From: an uncultured Gammaproteobacteria bacterium
Lineage (GTDB): Bacteria; Patescibacteriota; Microgenomatia; UBA8517
NCBI GenBank assembly: GCA_964427735.1
Contig: CAYRUS010000002.1
Location: forward strand, 3,734 to 67,733
Reading direction: 5' to 3'
DNA: 64,000 nt
Part shown: in pieces, positions 48,427 through 59,172 of the stretch
Position numbering within the stretch: position 1 is the stretch's first letter
How the letters are laid out: every line of letters starts with the position of its first letter
Translations under genes and position numbers: made by a program
The notes under the pieces: generated by a model
The model's database searches: none
Told to the model about the DNA's origin: nothing
What the model saw: only the letters and a program-made list of their open reading frames with translations

Positions 48427-50430
48427 TCAAGAAGATTCCTGTGCATTTTTATTCTCTGAATCCACTAAAGGATTTTTCCAACTTGCAAATTTACATTTGG
48501 GGTAAGTGCTGCAACCATAAAATTTCCTTCCTCGCCTTGTTGTTTTAACGATAACTTCACCTTTACTACACTCTGGACAAGTCATCCCTATTTTTTCTAC
48601 GTATTTATCAGTGTAATCACAATCTGGGAATCTTGAGCATGAGTAAAATTTACCAAAACGTCCAACACGAATAACTTTATCGCCTTTTTTGCAGGTTGGA
48701 CATTTTTCTCCTGTTTTTTCTACAGGTATTTCCACCCTTTCTGCGTTTTTTTCTACACTACCCAATTTTTTTTCAAACGGCATGTAGAAATCCTTCATCA
48801 TTTTTTGCCAATCCTGTTTTCCTTGAGCCACTTCATCTAAATCCTGTTCCATATCAGCTGTAAATGAGTAATCAAATATATTTGAAAAGTTTTTTACTAA
48901 AAAGTCATTCACTGCAATTCCTACAGATGTAGGGTTGAATCTTCCTTCATTTTTTTCAACATAGTTTCTTTCTTGGATTGTAGATATGGTTGGAGCATAT
49001 GTGGAAGGCCTTCCTATCTCCAATTTCTCTAAAGTTTTTATAAGCGATGCTTCGTTGTATCTAGGAGGTGGCTGAGTAAACTTTTGATCAGAATGAACTT
49101 TAATAAGTTCTAAATTATCTCCTTCATCTACAACAGGTAAATCTGGTTTTTCTTCACTACTGGTTGGAATAATTTTCCTCCAGCCATCAAACTTCATTAC
49201 TTGACCACTAACCCTAAGTATGTATTTATTTTTTGAATTTTCAGAAGTTGCTTCTACATCAATTCTTGTCTCATCATAAATTGCAGGGTTCATTTGACTC
49301 GCAACAAATCTCTTCCAAATAAGCGAATAAAGTCTATCCGCATCTTTTTCAAACTTTCCAGTTAAAGGTGATTTCATTGTTTTTACATTTGTAGGTCTTA
49401 TTGCTTCATGAGCTTCTTGAGCCGACTTTGATTTAGTTTTATAAACCTTAGGAGAAGAAGGTAAATACTCTTTGCCAAGCTCTGACTCTATGTACTTTCT
49501 GACTTTATTAAGAGACTCTTTAGAAAGAGTAGTTGAATCTGTTCTGTGATATGTAATTAGTCCTTCCTCATAAAGTCTCTGAGCTACTGTCATTGTCTTT
49601 TTGGCGGACCATCCAAAAAGCCTTGAAGAAGCTTGAGACATCGTAGATGTAGTAAAAGGAGGATAAGGATTTTTCTTTACTTCTTTGCGCGTTACACTTA
49701 CCACTGTGTATTCTGATTTCTCTAAATCTTTAACCACTTCAGATGCTTTTTCTTTGTTATTTATTTCTGCTTTTTTATCATTTATCCGAACTAGTGAAAT
49801 CAAAAATGGATCATCAGAACCTTTTTTGACCTCGCTTTGGATTTCCCAATATTCATCTGGTACAAATGCTTCAATTTCTCTTTCTCGTTCAACAATTAGC
49901 CTCAAGGCAATAGACTGAACACGACCAGCAGAAAGTCCAATCCTAACTTTTTTCCATAATAATGGAGAGAGTTTATAGCCTACTAATCTATCAAGAACCC
50001 TCCTCGCAATCTGTGCTTCAACAAGGTCTTTGTCAATTTCACGAGGATTATTTATTGCATCCTCTACTGCATTTTGAGTAATCTCGTGGAAAACAATTCT
50101 TTTAACCTTTTTGTTAAAATCTTTTTCCTTTTTACCTTGCAGGATTTCAAATGCATGTAATGCAATTGCCTCTCCCTCGCGGTCTGGGTCTGTAGCAAGA
50201 TATATTTCATCAGCATCTTTAGCTGCTTTTCTTAAAGTCGTTATTGTTGATTTTTGTTTAGGAACTACAGAATAATCCGGAGCAAAGTTTTGATCCACTT
50301 CAACACCTAATTTGCTTTTAGGCAAATCTTTTATATGACCCCGAGTGGCTTCTATCGAATAATCCTTTGATAAAAACCTAGATAGTGTTCTTGCTTTTGT
50401 TGGTGACTCTACTATTAATAATTTTTTCAT
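48427..50430 (-). CDS. topA: DNA topoisomerase I
   Basis: IVESPTKA, DPDREGE, SAGRVQ, ITYHRTDS, C-terminal zinc ribbons. Confidence 0.98.
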   Translation of the reverse strand: MKKLLIVESPTKARTLSRFLSKDYSIEATRGHIKDLPKSKLGVEVDQNFAPDYSVVPKQKSTITTLRKAAKDADEIYLATDPDREGEAIALHAFEILQGKKEKDFNKKVKRIVFHEITQNAVEDAINNPREIDKDLVEAQIARRVLDRLVGYKLSPLLWKKVRIGLSAGRVQSIALRLIVEREREIEAFVPDEYWEIQSEVKKGSDDPFLISLVRINDKKAEINNKEKASEVVKDLEKSEYTVVSVTRKEVKKNPYPPFTTSTMSQASSRLFGWSAKKTMTVAQRLYEEGLITYHRTDSTTLSKESLNKVRKYIESELGKEYLPSSPKVYKTKSKSAQEAHEAIRPTNVKTMKSPLTGKFEKDADRLYSLIWKRFVASQMNPAIYDETRIDVEATSENSKNKYILRVSGQVMKFDGWRKIIPTSSEEKPDLPVVDEGDNLELIKVHSDQKFTQPPPRYNEASLIKTLEKLEIGRPSTYAPTISTIQERNYVEKNEGRFNPTSVGIAVNDFLVKNFSNIFDYSFTADMEQDLDEVAQGKQDWQKMMKDFYMPFEKKLGSVEKNAERVEIPVEKTGEKCPTCKKGDKVIRVGRFGKFYSCSRFPDCDYTDKYVEKIGMTCPECSKGEVIVKTTRRGRKFYGCSTYPKCKFASWKNPLVDSENKNAQESS

Positions 50431-50490
50431 TTTATAATTTATATTCGTGACTGCTAAATAGTCTAGCAGGAATCTAATCCATTTAGCAAT

Positions 50491-51573
50491 TTAATTTTTT
50501 TTGTAATTTCCATTACCTAAATTTTTTATGATTCCTTTTAGTTCCATTATCGTTAAAACAGAAATGATTTTATCTGTTGCCATCCTAGTAATTCTAACAA
50601 GCTCGTCAAGGTGCATCTCCTCATTTTCTAATACTTTCACTATTTTTATTTCTTCTAGTGTTTCTGGCAGTACTTTTTCCATCTTAGCTTTATCTACTTC
50701 AAATTGCATATTTAACTCTTCGATTACATCTCGCGGAGAAAATGCAATTTTTGCACCATTTTGAATTAAAAAATGACTTGCTTCAGACATTGGGGAGGTT
50801 ATTTGCCCAGGTACTGCAAAAACTTGACGCCCTTGATCTGCAGCATGAGAAGCTGTCAAAAGCGTACCGCTCTTTTTTGCTCCTTCAATTACTAACACTG
50901 CCTTTGATAAGCCGGATATTATCCTGTTTCTACTTGCGAAGTTTGGTCTTAAAGCTGGATGACCCAAAGGATACTCAGAAACAATTGCCCCTTCTTTTGA
51001 TATAATTTCATTAGCCAACTGCGTATTTATTTTGGGATAAATTTGATCAAGCCCACAGGCAAGAACAGCTATTGTCTTCCCGCCGGTATCAAAAGTGGCT
51101 CTATGTGCTACAGAATCTATCCCCAGTGCAAGTCCGGAGACAATATTAGCTCCAGATAAAGAAATCTCTTTTGAAAATTTTTCAGTTACTTCTTTTCCAT
51201 AACTTGTTGCTTTTCTTGTCCCAACTATTGCTATATTATCCCCGGACAAAGTAGATACATCTCCTTTAAAATATAAAACAATTGGAGCTCCATCAAGTTC
51301 CTTTAAAATTTTTGGATATTTATTGCTAGTTATCGTTATATACGATATTTTGTTTTGCTTTAATTGGCTAAAATAATCTTCAAATTTAAATGACTTTTTA
51401 AAAAAACTGAAGTTTTCAACAATTTTTTTACTCAAGCCAATTTCTAAAAGTGATTTGTTAGAAGCTTTCCACGCTGCAGAAGGTGAGCCAAAATAATCTA
51501 GTAATAAAGTTATCCTCTTAGGTCCAAAATATGTAAATGCGTACAAAGAAACCAGATATTTTTGTTCATCCAC
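50491..51573 (-). CDS. dprA: DNA-processing protein DprA
   Basis: AIVGTR, VSGLALGID, RNRIISGLS, C-terminal wHTH. Confidence 0.96.
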   Translation of the reverse strand: MDEQKYLVSLYAFTYFGPKRITLLLDYFGSPSAAWKASNKSLLEIGLSKKIVENFSFFKKSFKFEDYFSQLKQNKISYITITSNKYPKILKELDGAPIVLYFKGDVSTLSGDNIAIVGTRKATSYGKEVTEKFSKEISLSGANIVSGLALGIDSVAHRATFDTGGKTIAVLACGLDQIYPKINTQLANEIISKEGAIVSEYPLGHPALRPNFASRNRIISGLSKAVLVIEGAKKSGTLLTASHAADQGRQVFAVPGQITSPMSEASHFLIQNGAKIAFSPRDVIEELNMQFEVDKAKMEKVLPETLEEIKIVKVLENEEMHLDELVRITRMATDKIISVLTIMELKGIIKNLGNGNYKKN

Positions 51574-51609
51574 TTTATTTATACTAAAATATAAATAAAG
51601 CTGTTACCA

Positions 51610-53274
51610 CTACATTTCCTCTATTTCTTCTTGATCTTCTGGTTCAGGAGTAGGTGTGACTGGTAATTCTGGTTTTCCAAACCAATAATTAAATACATCT
51701 CTAGCGATAGGACCTGCAACGCTAGAACCTTCGCCACCTTTTTCTACTAAAACTGTTAATACTATTTCCGGATCTTCAAGCGGAGCAAAAATTACAAACC
51801 AGGCATGAGTAGTGTCTCCATCTCCTGTCTCAGCTGTTCCTGTTTTACAAGCAACTTTTGGTTCAAATCCAAAAAATGTATATCCAGTACCACCTTCTTC
51901 ACACGCCTGAATCATCCCATTTATCACTACTTCCAAATATTCTTTATCCAGTTCCAAATCTCTGCAGTTTGTTTCCTTCATCTTGAAAATGTGGGGATTG
52001 CAAAGCTCACCTTTGTTAGCTATTGCAGCAATAGATTGAGATACTTGAACAGGAGTAACATTTAGGTCTCCCTGCCCAATGGAAAAGTGATACGTATTTC
52101 CCAAATACCATGGCTCACCAATAACAGTCTTTTTCCATTCCGGGTTAGGAACTAATCCTGAAACCTCACCTGGTAAATCAATTTCTGTTTTTGTACCAAA
52201 CCCAAATTTCTCTGACCAATTGGATAAAGCGTTAACACCCATAAATTCACCAATTTTATAAAAGAAAGTGTCTGTAGATCGTGCAATTGCTCTTTCTAGA
52301 CCAATTTCTCCTTCTGTTCCCCCATACTGAGTCAAATACCAGTTTGTATAATCAAATCCATTAACTGAAATTATTCCTGTATCCAGATATTCAAAATTAG
52401 GTTCAATAGCATTTTCTTCTAAAGCTGCTAATGAAACAACTGGCTTAAATACAGATCCTGGATGATATACCCCTCCAATTGCCCTATTAAACATAGGAAG
52501 GTTTTTATCTTCAAACAATTTTGCTATCTCGTCCTTTTGTGTACCTTCAACCAATAAATTAGCATCATACGAAGGTGCAGAATACATTGCCAATATCTCA
52601 CCTTCAGGAGTTGTGGCAATTACTGCTCCTTTTTTGTCTGACATAATTCTTGAAATTTCTTTTTGTAGATTTATATCAATTGTTGTTCTAATATCTTGTC
52701 CTTTTTGAGGCTGTCTCCTGCCTAGAGTTCTTACTTTTTTTCCTTGTGTATCAACTTCAACCAACTCTTCTCCATCAATACCAGATAATAGACAATCATA
52801 TTGCTGTTCTAATCCACTTCGTCCAATTAAAGTCCCGAGTTTAACAACACCTAATTCAGGGCAATTATCTTTTACTTTTCCTACCTCTTTATCATTTGCT
52901 TGGCCTAAATAACCAATAATATGACTAGTGACAGAACCATTTATATAAACTCTGTCCCATTCTGTTATAATTTCGTCATTAGATGCACCCTCAATATATG
53001 TGGTTTTTTTGAATCCTTCACTATCAAATACAACTTTCTTTTGGACTGATTTATTATCCGCAAGTACTTCTCCATCTCTGGCAAGAATTCTTCCTCTAGG
53101 AGCCTGAATTGTAATCCTTCTTATTCTATTTTCATCAGCCATAACCTGATAATATTCACCTTTTATTATCTGGAGTTCAATTAATCGACCAATTAGTGTC
53201 AAAAAAATAAGCGTAAGAAGCCCTCTCAGAAACCAACTTAGCCAACTTTGAGTTTTATTTGTGGCAGAATACAT
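51610..53274 (-). CDS. mrdA: Penicillin-binding protein 2 (class B)
   Basis: N-terminal TM, PRGRI, PGSVFK, SxD, KTGT. Confidence 0.92.
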   Translation of the reverse strand: MYSATNKTQSWLSWFLRGLLTLIFLTLIGRLIELQIIKGEYYQVMADENRIRRITIQAPRGRILARDGEVLADNKSVQKKVVFDSEGFKKTTYIEGASNDEIITEWDRVYINGSVTSHIIGYLGQANDKEVGKVKDNCPELGVVKLGTLIGRSGLEQQYDCLLSGIDGEELVEVDTQGKKVRTLGRRQPQKGQDIRTTIDINLQKEISRIMSDKKGAVIATTPEGEILAMYSAPSYDANLLVEGTQKDEIAKLFEDKNLPMFNRAIGGVYHPGSVFKPVVSLAALEENAIEPNFEYLDTGIISVNGFDYTNWYLTQYGGTEGEIGLERAIARSTDTFFYKIGEFMGVNALSNWSEKFGFGTKTEIDLPGEVSGLVPNPEWKKTVIGEPWYLGNTYHFSIGQGDLNVTPVQVSQSIAAIANKGELCNPHIFKMKETNCRDLELDKEYLEVVINGMIQACEEGGTGYTFFGFEPKVACKTGTAETGDGDTTHAWFVIFAPLEDPEIVLTVLVEKGGEGSSVAGPIARDVFNYWFGKPELPVTPTPEPEDQEEIEEM

Positions 53275-53281
53275 ATTAATT

Positions 53282-54382
53282 TTATAATCCTCTTGTAACC
53301 CTAATTTTTCTTAATAAACCAGGATTATCCAAAACTATCCCACATCCTCTAGCCACACAAGTAAGAGGATCCTCGGCAACAACAACAGGCATTTTTGTTT
53401 TTTCACTCACAAGACTATCAAAACCTTCTAACATACTTCCGCCACCAGCTAGGGTAATCCCATTGTCTCCTATGTCAGAAAGAAGTTCTGGAGGTGTTTC
53501 TTCTAAAGTATCTACAATATCATTTATGATTTGTTGTGCGACGGGAATAAGTGCTTCACTTATTTCTGATGAGGAAAGCTTAACTGATTTTGGTAATCCT
53601 GATTCTAGATCTCTTCCTCTTACTACAATGAATTTATCTTTTTTTGGTCTAAGCGAACCTATGTTTATTTTCACATCTTCAGAAGTAGAATCACCTAATA
53701 AAAGTGAATACTTTAGACGAACATAATTTATAATCGCCTCATTCATTTCATCACCAGCTACCCTTACTGACCGACCCACTACAATACCACCCAAAGAAAT
53801 TATTGCTATTTCACTGGTTCCTCCACCAATATCAACAATAAACTTACCTTCTGGTTCCTCTACAGCAAGACCAGCACCTACAGCAGCAACCATAGGCTCT
53901 TCAACTAAATGAGCCTCTCTTGCGCCTGCTGAGGTTGCAGCATCGGCTACAGCTCTTCTTTCTACCTCAGTTACACCAGATGGGATTCCAATAACAACTC
54001 TTGGTCTAGGGATTTTTGGAACTACAGTACCTGATTCATGAACTTTTTTAATATAGTAATCAAGCATTGCAGCTGTAGCATCAAAATCAGCTATAACTCC
54101 ATCTCTTAAGGGACGTATTGTTTCTATTGTCATTGGTGTCCTTCCTAACATTTTCTTTGCAGAGCTACCAATAGCCAAAACTTCTCTGGTTTTTTTGTGA
54201 CGAGCTACAGCAGAAGGCTCACGAATAACTATTCCCTTTTCTTTTACCCAAACTAATGTATTTGCTGTACCAAGGTCAATACCGACATCATGGGAAAACA
54301 TTCCAAATACTTTATTTATACCTCGATTTGGTAGGGATATTCTTTGTTTTATTTTATCTGGAAGTTTTATGTTTATTGCCAT
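53282..54382 (-). CDS. mreB: Rod shape-determining protein MreB
   Basis: IDLGTANT, PLRDGVIADF, DIGGGTSE, TPPEL. Confidence 0.97.
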   Translation of the reverse strand: MAINIKLPDKIKQRISLPNRGINKVFGMFSHDVGIDLGTANTLVWVKEKGIVIREPSAVARHKKTREVLAIGSSAKKMLGRTPMTIETIRPLRDGVIADFDATAAMLDYYIKKVHESGTVVPKIPRPRVVIGIPSGVTEVERRAVADAATSAGAREAHLVEEPMVAAVGAGLAVEEPEGKFIVDIGGGTSEIAIISLGGIVVGRSVRVAGDEMNEAIINYVRLKYSLLLGDSTSEDVKINIGSLRPKKDKFIVVRGRDLESGLPKSVKLSSSEISEALIPVAQQIINDIVDTLEETPPELLSDIGDNGITLAGGGSMLEGFDSLVSEKTKMPVVVAEDPLTCVARGCGIVLDNPGLLRKIRVTRGL

Positions 54383-54506
54383 TTTTTAAATAATTTGTTG
54401 GTAATTTTAATTATATTCTACGAGGCAAGTATAGCTTGAATAAACAAAGACATAAAGTAGCACAGAATACTTGCGGTCTATTAATATCGATAGTAGAGTT
54501 ATCTAA

Positions 54507-56537
54507 ATGGTTTTTGATTACCGACGATTAATATCTTTGTTATTTTATCTTCTTGCATTTCTAACTCCGTTGATTTTTCTACCAATTACATCAGAATTGT
54601 TTGAATTCAATAAACTAACATTTGTCTACATTATAACTATATTTGTTGTTTCTCTTTGGTTAGTAAGATCAATTAAACATAAGAGTTTGATTTATATCCG
54701 TACATTTTTTGATATACCAATAATTTTATTTGTTATTTCTCAAACTATATCCACTATTTTATCAATTGATCAGTTTACATCTTTTTTTGGCTACCCAACT
54801 CGATTTCATGGCGGTTTATTATCTACTATTGCCTACTCACTTCTTTATTTTATGTTTGTTTTTAATTTAACTAAAAAGGAAGCAAAAAATTTTATATACT
54901 GTCTTCTTTTTTCTGGATTTATTGTTTCAGCATATGGAATTCTTCAGCACTTTGGAATTGATGATCATCTCTGGCACCAAGACGTAAAAGCAAGAGTTTT
55001 TTCTACATTAGGGCAACCCAATTGGCTCGCGGCATGGATCATCCCTTTGATTTTAATTTCATCCTCTATTTATATTGAGAACAAAAAAACTAAATACAGA
55101 AATGTACATATACTAATCCTTATTTTATTGCTTTTTATAACTTTGCTTTTTACAAAATCAAGATCAGGTATATTATCATTTGGCTTGTCATTTTTTGTAT
55201 TTTCGGTGGTGATTTTATTCAAGTCAAGGAAAAAATTAAAAAATATTCTAATAAGATTTATGCCTTTGATAGGGTGTTTGTTTCTAACACTATTTATTGT
55301 TGGTACTCCATGGAATAAATCACTTTTAAACAATAAAAACCCACAAACAGACAAGAATGAAACACTTATCCAAAACGAAGGAGGAACAGATTCAGGTGTA
55401 ATCAGACAAATAGTATGGAAAGGTGCAATTGATATCTGGAAAAATTACCCACTGTTTGGAACAGGCGTAGAAACTTTTGCCTACTCTTATTATTCATTCC
55501 GACCAGATGAACATAACCATGTCTCCGAGTGGGATTTCTTGTATAACAAAGCTCATAATGAGTTTTTAAATTTTGCAGCAAATTCAGGCTCGTTTGGACT
55601 ACTAACCTATTTAATACTGACATTTACTCCAGTTATTTATCTGATGAGCCTTTTAATAAAAACAAATAAAAATGTTTACTTATACACAGCCATGATGACA
55701 TCATTGATGAGTATAGTTATAACTAATTTTTTTGGTTTTTCAGTGGTTGCTGTAAGTATTGTCTACTTCATTTTTCCAGGCATTCCAATTGTTTTAAATA
55801 AAAAACCAGAAAACTTACCAAGACAACCTAAAAATTCAAGCTTTCAAAAATATGCAATTTTTGCTATTTTATTAGTCTCGATCTACTTATCGTCATTAGT
55901 TTTGAACTACTGGCGATCAGATGTACTCTACGCACGAGGAAAAAATCTCAACCAACAAGAGGAGTATTTTGAAGCAAGAGATTATTTATTAAAGGCAAAT
56001 AGCATAATTCCTAATCATCCATTTTATTTATCTGAGTTATCAGAATCTACAGCAGGAATTGCAATCATTTTAATAGAACAAAGTGAAATTACTCAAGCAA
56101 AAGAGTTTGCAGAAGTAGCAGAAAAAGAAGCTTATAAATCGACTATTCTAAACCCTATGAATCCAAACATATATCGAGCATACGCAGGAACAATGCAAGT
56201 ATTATCAAGCGTGGATTTGTCATATTTATCCAAAGCGATAGATGCTTACAAAACAGCACTTTCCATTGCACCTAATGATCCTAGATTGTTTTTTAGACTA
56301 GGCATTACTTATGCACAAACAGGTGAAAGTGAAAAAGCAATTGAAATGCTCGAAAGATCAATAAGTCTAAAACCAGATTATGGATCAGCAAGGTATTCAC
56401 TGGCCATGGTTTACAAGCAAGAAAGTGAATTGGACCTTGCTAAAGAACATCTTAACTACATACTTCAAAACATAAAACCTGAAGATGAGTTAGTTAAACA
56501 GGCACTGTTGGAAATTGAAGAAAGTGCTGAAAAATAG
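54507..56537 (+). CDS. O-antigen ligase (Wzy_C) family membrane protein with C-terminal TPRs
   Basis: RVFSTLGQPNWL, TKSRSG, GTGVETF, AHNEFL; TPR helices. Confidence 0.88.
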   Translation: MVFDYRRLISLLFYLLAFLTPLIFLPITSELFEFNKLTFVYIITIFVVSLWLVRSIKHKSLIYIRTFFDIPIILFVISQTISTILSIDQFTSFFGYPTRFHGGLLSTIAYSLLYFMFVFNLTKKEAKNFIYCLLFSGFIVSAYGILQHFGIDDHLWHQDVKARVFSTLGQPNWLAAWIIPLILISSSIYIENKKTKYRNVHILILILLLFITLLFTKSRSGILSFGLSFFVFSVVILFKSRKKLKNILIRFMPLIGCLFLTLFIVGTPWNKSLLNNKNPQTDKNETLIQNEGGTDSGVIRQIVWKGAIDIWKNYPLFGTGVETFAYSYYSFRPDEHNHVSEWDFLYNKAHNEFLNFAANSGSFGLLTYLILTFTPVIYLMSLLIKTNKNVYLYTAMMTSLMSIVITNFFGFSVVAVSIVYFIFPGIPIVLNKKPENLPRQPKNSSFQKYAIFAILLVSIYLSSLVLNYWRSDVLYARGKNLNQQEEYFEARDYLLKANSIIPNHPFYLSELSESTAGIAIILIEQSEITQAKEFAEVAEKEAYKSTILNPMNPNIYRAYAGTMQVLSSVDLSYLSKAIDAYKTALSIAPNDPRLFFRLGITYAQTGESEKAIEMLERSISLKPDYGSARYSLAMVYKQESELDLAKEHLNYILQNIKPEDELVKQALLEIEESAEK

Positions 56538-56572
56538 GGCTTTTGGTAGTATAATTTATAAGTTAATTAAAT

Positions 56573-57100
56573 ATGGTTCAAAAAATACTAAAATCAGACA
56601 ACCCAAAACTTCGCCAAAAATCAAAACCAGTCAAAAAACTGGACAAGAAAACAAAGGATCTAATTAAGGATCTGAAAGATACTCTTAAAGCTCAAAAGGA
56701 TCCTGAAGGAGTTGGTTTAGCTGCTCCTCAAATTGGTAAATTTGTCCGAGTATTTGTCATGGACTATAAAAATAATATTAGAACAGTAATCAATCCAGAA
56801 ATAATCTCAAAAGAAGATAGAGACATAAAAGACACAAATGTTCTGGAGGGATGCCTTTCAATACCTCATTATTATGGTCCTTTGACACGTTCAAAAAAAA
56901 TTACAATTAAATATATGAACGAAAAAGGAGAAATTGTAGAAGAAACATTTGTAAATTTTCCTGCTCAAATAGTTCAACACGAAATAGATCATTTAGACGG
57001 AGTGTTGTTTGTCGATAGATTACTTAAAGATAAACAACCACTCTATAAATATGAATCTGAAACAGAAGAATGGGAAGAAGTTGATTTTGCAAAAATCTAA
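56573..57100 (+). CDS. def: Peptide deformylase
   Basis: GVGLAAPQIG, EGCLS, QHEIDHLDG. Confidence 0.97.
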   Translation: MVQKILKSDNPKLRQKSKPVKKLDKKTKDLIKDLKDTLKAQKDPEGVGLAAPQIGKFVRVFVMDYKNNIRTVINPEIISKEDRDIKDTNVLEGCLSIPHYYGPLTRSKKITIKYMNEKGEIVEETFVNFPAQIVQHEIDHLDGVLFVDRLLKDKQPLYKYESETEEWEEVDFAKI

Positions 57101-57102
57101 CC

Positions 57103-57125
57103 CTTGTAAGGAGTCTCCTTGCAAG
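57103..57125. repeat. Short palindrome CTTGTAAGGA-GTC-TCCTTGCAAG between def and fmt (REP-like hairpin)
   Basis: Near-perfect inverted repeat without a U-tract. Confidence 0.45.
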
Positions 57126-57174
57126 AGCCTTAACTGTTGAGAGATAAGTAATTGCTCAATAAATATTAACTAAA

Positions 57175-58134
57175 ATGAAGTTTGTTTTTTTTGGTACACC
57201 ATCATATGCAGCTAATGTTCTTATTAAATTGAACAAGGAGTTCAAGGCAAAAGACGGAACTTCACCTGTGGTTGCTGTTGTCACACAGGAACCTAAACCT
57301 TTTGGACGAAAAAAACTACTTAAGTACTCTTCTGTTGATACATGGGCTCACAAACACAACGTCCCTATTTACTTTGATTCAAACAAACTAATTGAAGATG
57401 GAATTAATGCAGATATTGGAATCTTAGCAGCTTATGGAGAAATTCTTCCAGAAAAGATAATTAATTACTTTCGATATGGAATTTTGAACATTCACCCTTC
57501 TCTATTGCCCAAATATCGCGGAGCATCACCTGTACAAGCTGCTATTGTCTCAGAAGAAAAAGAAACAGGTGGAACAATAATAAAACTAGATCAAGAAATG
57601 GATCACGGACCAATCATCGCACAGTTTAAAGAAGAAATTTTAAATAATGATACTACAGAAACACTTCGCAACAGGTTATTTGAAAGAAGTACACAAGTTT
57701 TAATTGAGGCTTTACCTGCTTACATCTCCGGTAAAATTAAGCTCAAACCACAAGATGACACCAAAGCTACATATACAAAATTAATTAAAAAAGAACACGC
57801 ATATATTCCTTTTGAATACTTCAAAGCTGCTTTAGAAGGAAAAGAAATTAAAGATGAATGGATAATTCCATTTGTGAAAAATTATTCGTTACACCCTACA
57901 TACGATTCTTTAGAAAGATTTGTGCGTGCAATGAACCCTTGGCCCATTGCTTGGACCCTGTTACGCTCCTCGAGCTACAAAGGGCAAGCAACTCTAGATG
58001 AAAGAGTGGAAGGTTTGAGATTGCAAATCCACTCAGCGAGTATTGAAGATGGGAAACTCGTTCCTCAAAAAGTTCAATTGGAAGGCAAAAGTACAGTTGA
58101 CTGGAAGCAGTTCAGAGATGCTTATAAAATTTGA
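57175..58134 (+). CDS. fmt: Methionyl-tRNA formyltransferase
   Basis: FFGTP, LNIHPSLLPKYRGASP, MDHGP, RAMNPWP. Confidence 0.96.
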   Translation: MKFVFFGTPSYAANVLIKLNKEFKAKDGTSPVVAVVTQEPKPFGRKKLLKYSSVDTWAHKHNVPIYFDSNKLIEDGINADIGILAAYGEILPEKIINYFRYGILNIHPSLLPKYRGASPVQAAIVSEEKETGGTIIKLDQEMDHGPIIAQFKEEILNNDTTETLRNRLFERSTQVLIEALPAYISGKIKLKPQDDTKATYTKLIKKEHAYIPFEYFKAALEGKEIKDEWIIPFVKNYSLHPTYDSLERFVRAMNPWPIAWTLLRSSSYKGQATLDERVEGLRLQIHSASIEDGKLVPQKVQLEGKSTVDWKQFRDAYKI

Positions 58135-58137
58135 AAT

Positions 58138-58470
58138 ATGAGCATAGAAAGCAAGAATTGGATAAACAAGGTTATCAGGATCACTCCTGATACGAAAGAA
58201 GATAAAGAGTCAATTCGTCGACTTCTTCAACACCTAATTGAAAATCAAGATACTAATAAAACTGCAGAATACGCCAATGCTCAAGCTACGGCTAAAACAT
58301 ATATAGATAGTGAGCAAGAAACTCCTGAGGGATTAATATTTGCTTTAAAAGAAATGGCTCACTTACCAAGCGGCTACGTCGGTTTGTCAATTTACGAAGC
58401 TTATATAGGCTTTTTCAGAAATGGAGAGTTAAGTAAGCTATTAGAATCTTCAGATAAATCTGAAAGTTGA
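58138..58470 (+). CDS. Hypothetical protein
   Basis: 110-aa ORF directly after fmt. Confidence 0.6.
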   Translation: MSIESKNWINKVIRITPDTKEDKESIRRLLQHLIENQDTNKTAEYANAQATAKTYIDSEQETPEGLIFALKEMAHLPSGYVGLSIYEAYIGFFRNGELSKLLESSDKSES

Positions 58471-58528
58471 CACTAGGTACAACCTCGTAAACGTTGATTT
58501 ATTTAACCAAATCAGTACAATATAGGCC

Positions 58529-59164
58529 ATGTCTGAACAAGAGCTTTTGAAATATGATCCTCAAAGAATGAATGAAAGAACATTTCTATATCAAGTTCAA
58601 ATATCACAGTTATGGGAAGAATTGGAAGGTCTCACCAGACTCACTGTAGGTGGTAAGGTTATAGACCAAAAACAAGAAAATCAAACTGATATTGTAACCC
58701 CATATCCAAAACATCTTGATACCAACCCTCCGGTACCATTGCTTGATGAAGGTAGATTGATAGCAGTTCGAACTAAATCGACTTTTGAACACAAACCTGT
58801 CTACCATTATGATTTGTTCCACCTAAAAGTTAATGGATACTATAATACAAGTGCACCAATGCGACCAATTATCTTGAATCATAATCCAGAAAGCAGAATT
58901 ATGCCTATGGCAGTTGGTTTAGTAAAATGGCCTTGGGGGTTTAAGATTCATGAAGGGCCTACAAATACATGGTGGTTTTATCACCAAGGCACAGCGGAAT
59001 TCTATGATCTGGATAATGAGACTGCAACAAGAGCATTTCTACTCATGCTCGAAGTTGATAAACCGAAACAGTTTGAGGAGTTAATGAACAGGTTTAAATT
59101 GTTAAAAAGTGGTAGAGTAAGGCAAATAGAGGAACTTGCAAGAATAATAAAAACTAAAAAGTAA
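58529..59164 (+). CDS. Hypothetical protein
   Basis: 211-aa ORF; TACAAT 7 nt before ATG. Confidence 0.7.
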   Translation: MSEQELLKYDPQRMNERTFLYQVQISQLWEELEGLTRLTVGGKVIDQKQENQTDIVTPYPKHLDTNPPVPLLDEGRLIAVRTKSTFEHKPVYHYDLFHLKVNGYYNTSAPMRPIILNHNPESRIMPMAVGLVKWPWGFKIHEGPTNTWWFYHQGTAEFYDLDNETATRAFLLMLEVDKPKQFEELMNRFKLLKSGRVRQIEELARIIKTKK

Positions 59165-59172
59165 TTGATGTT

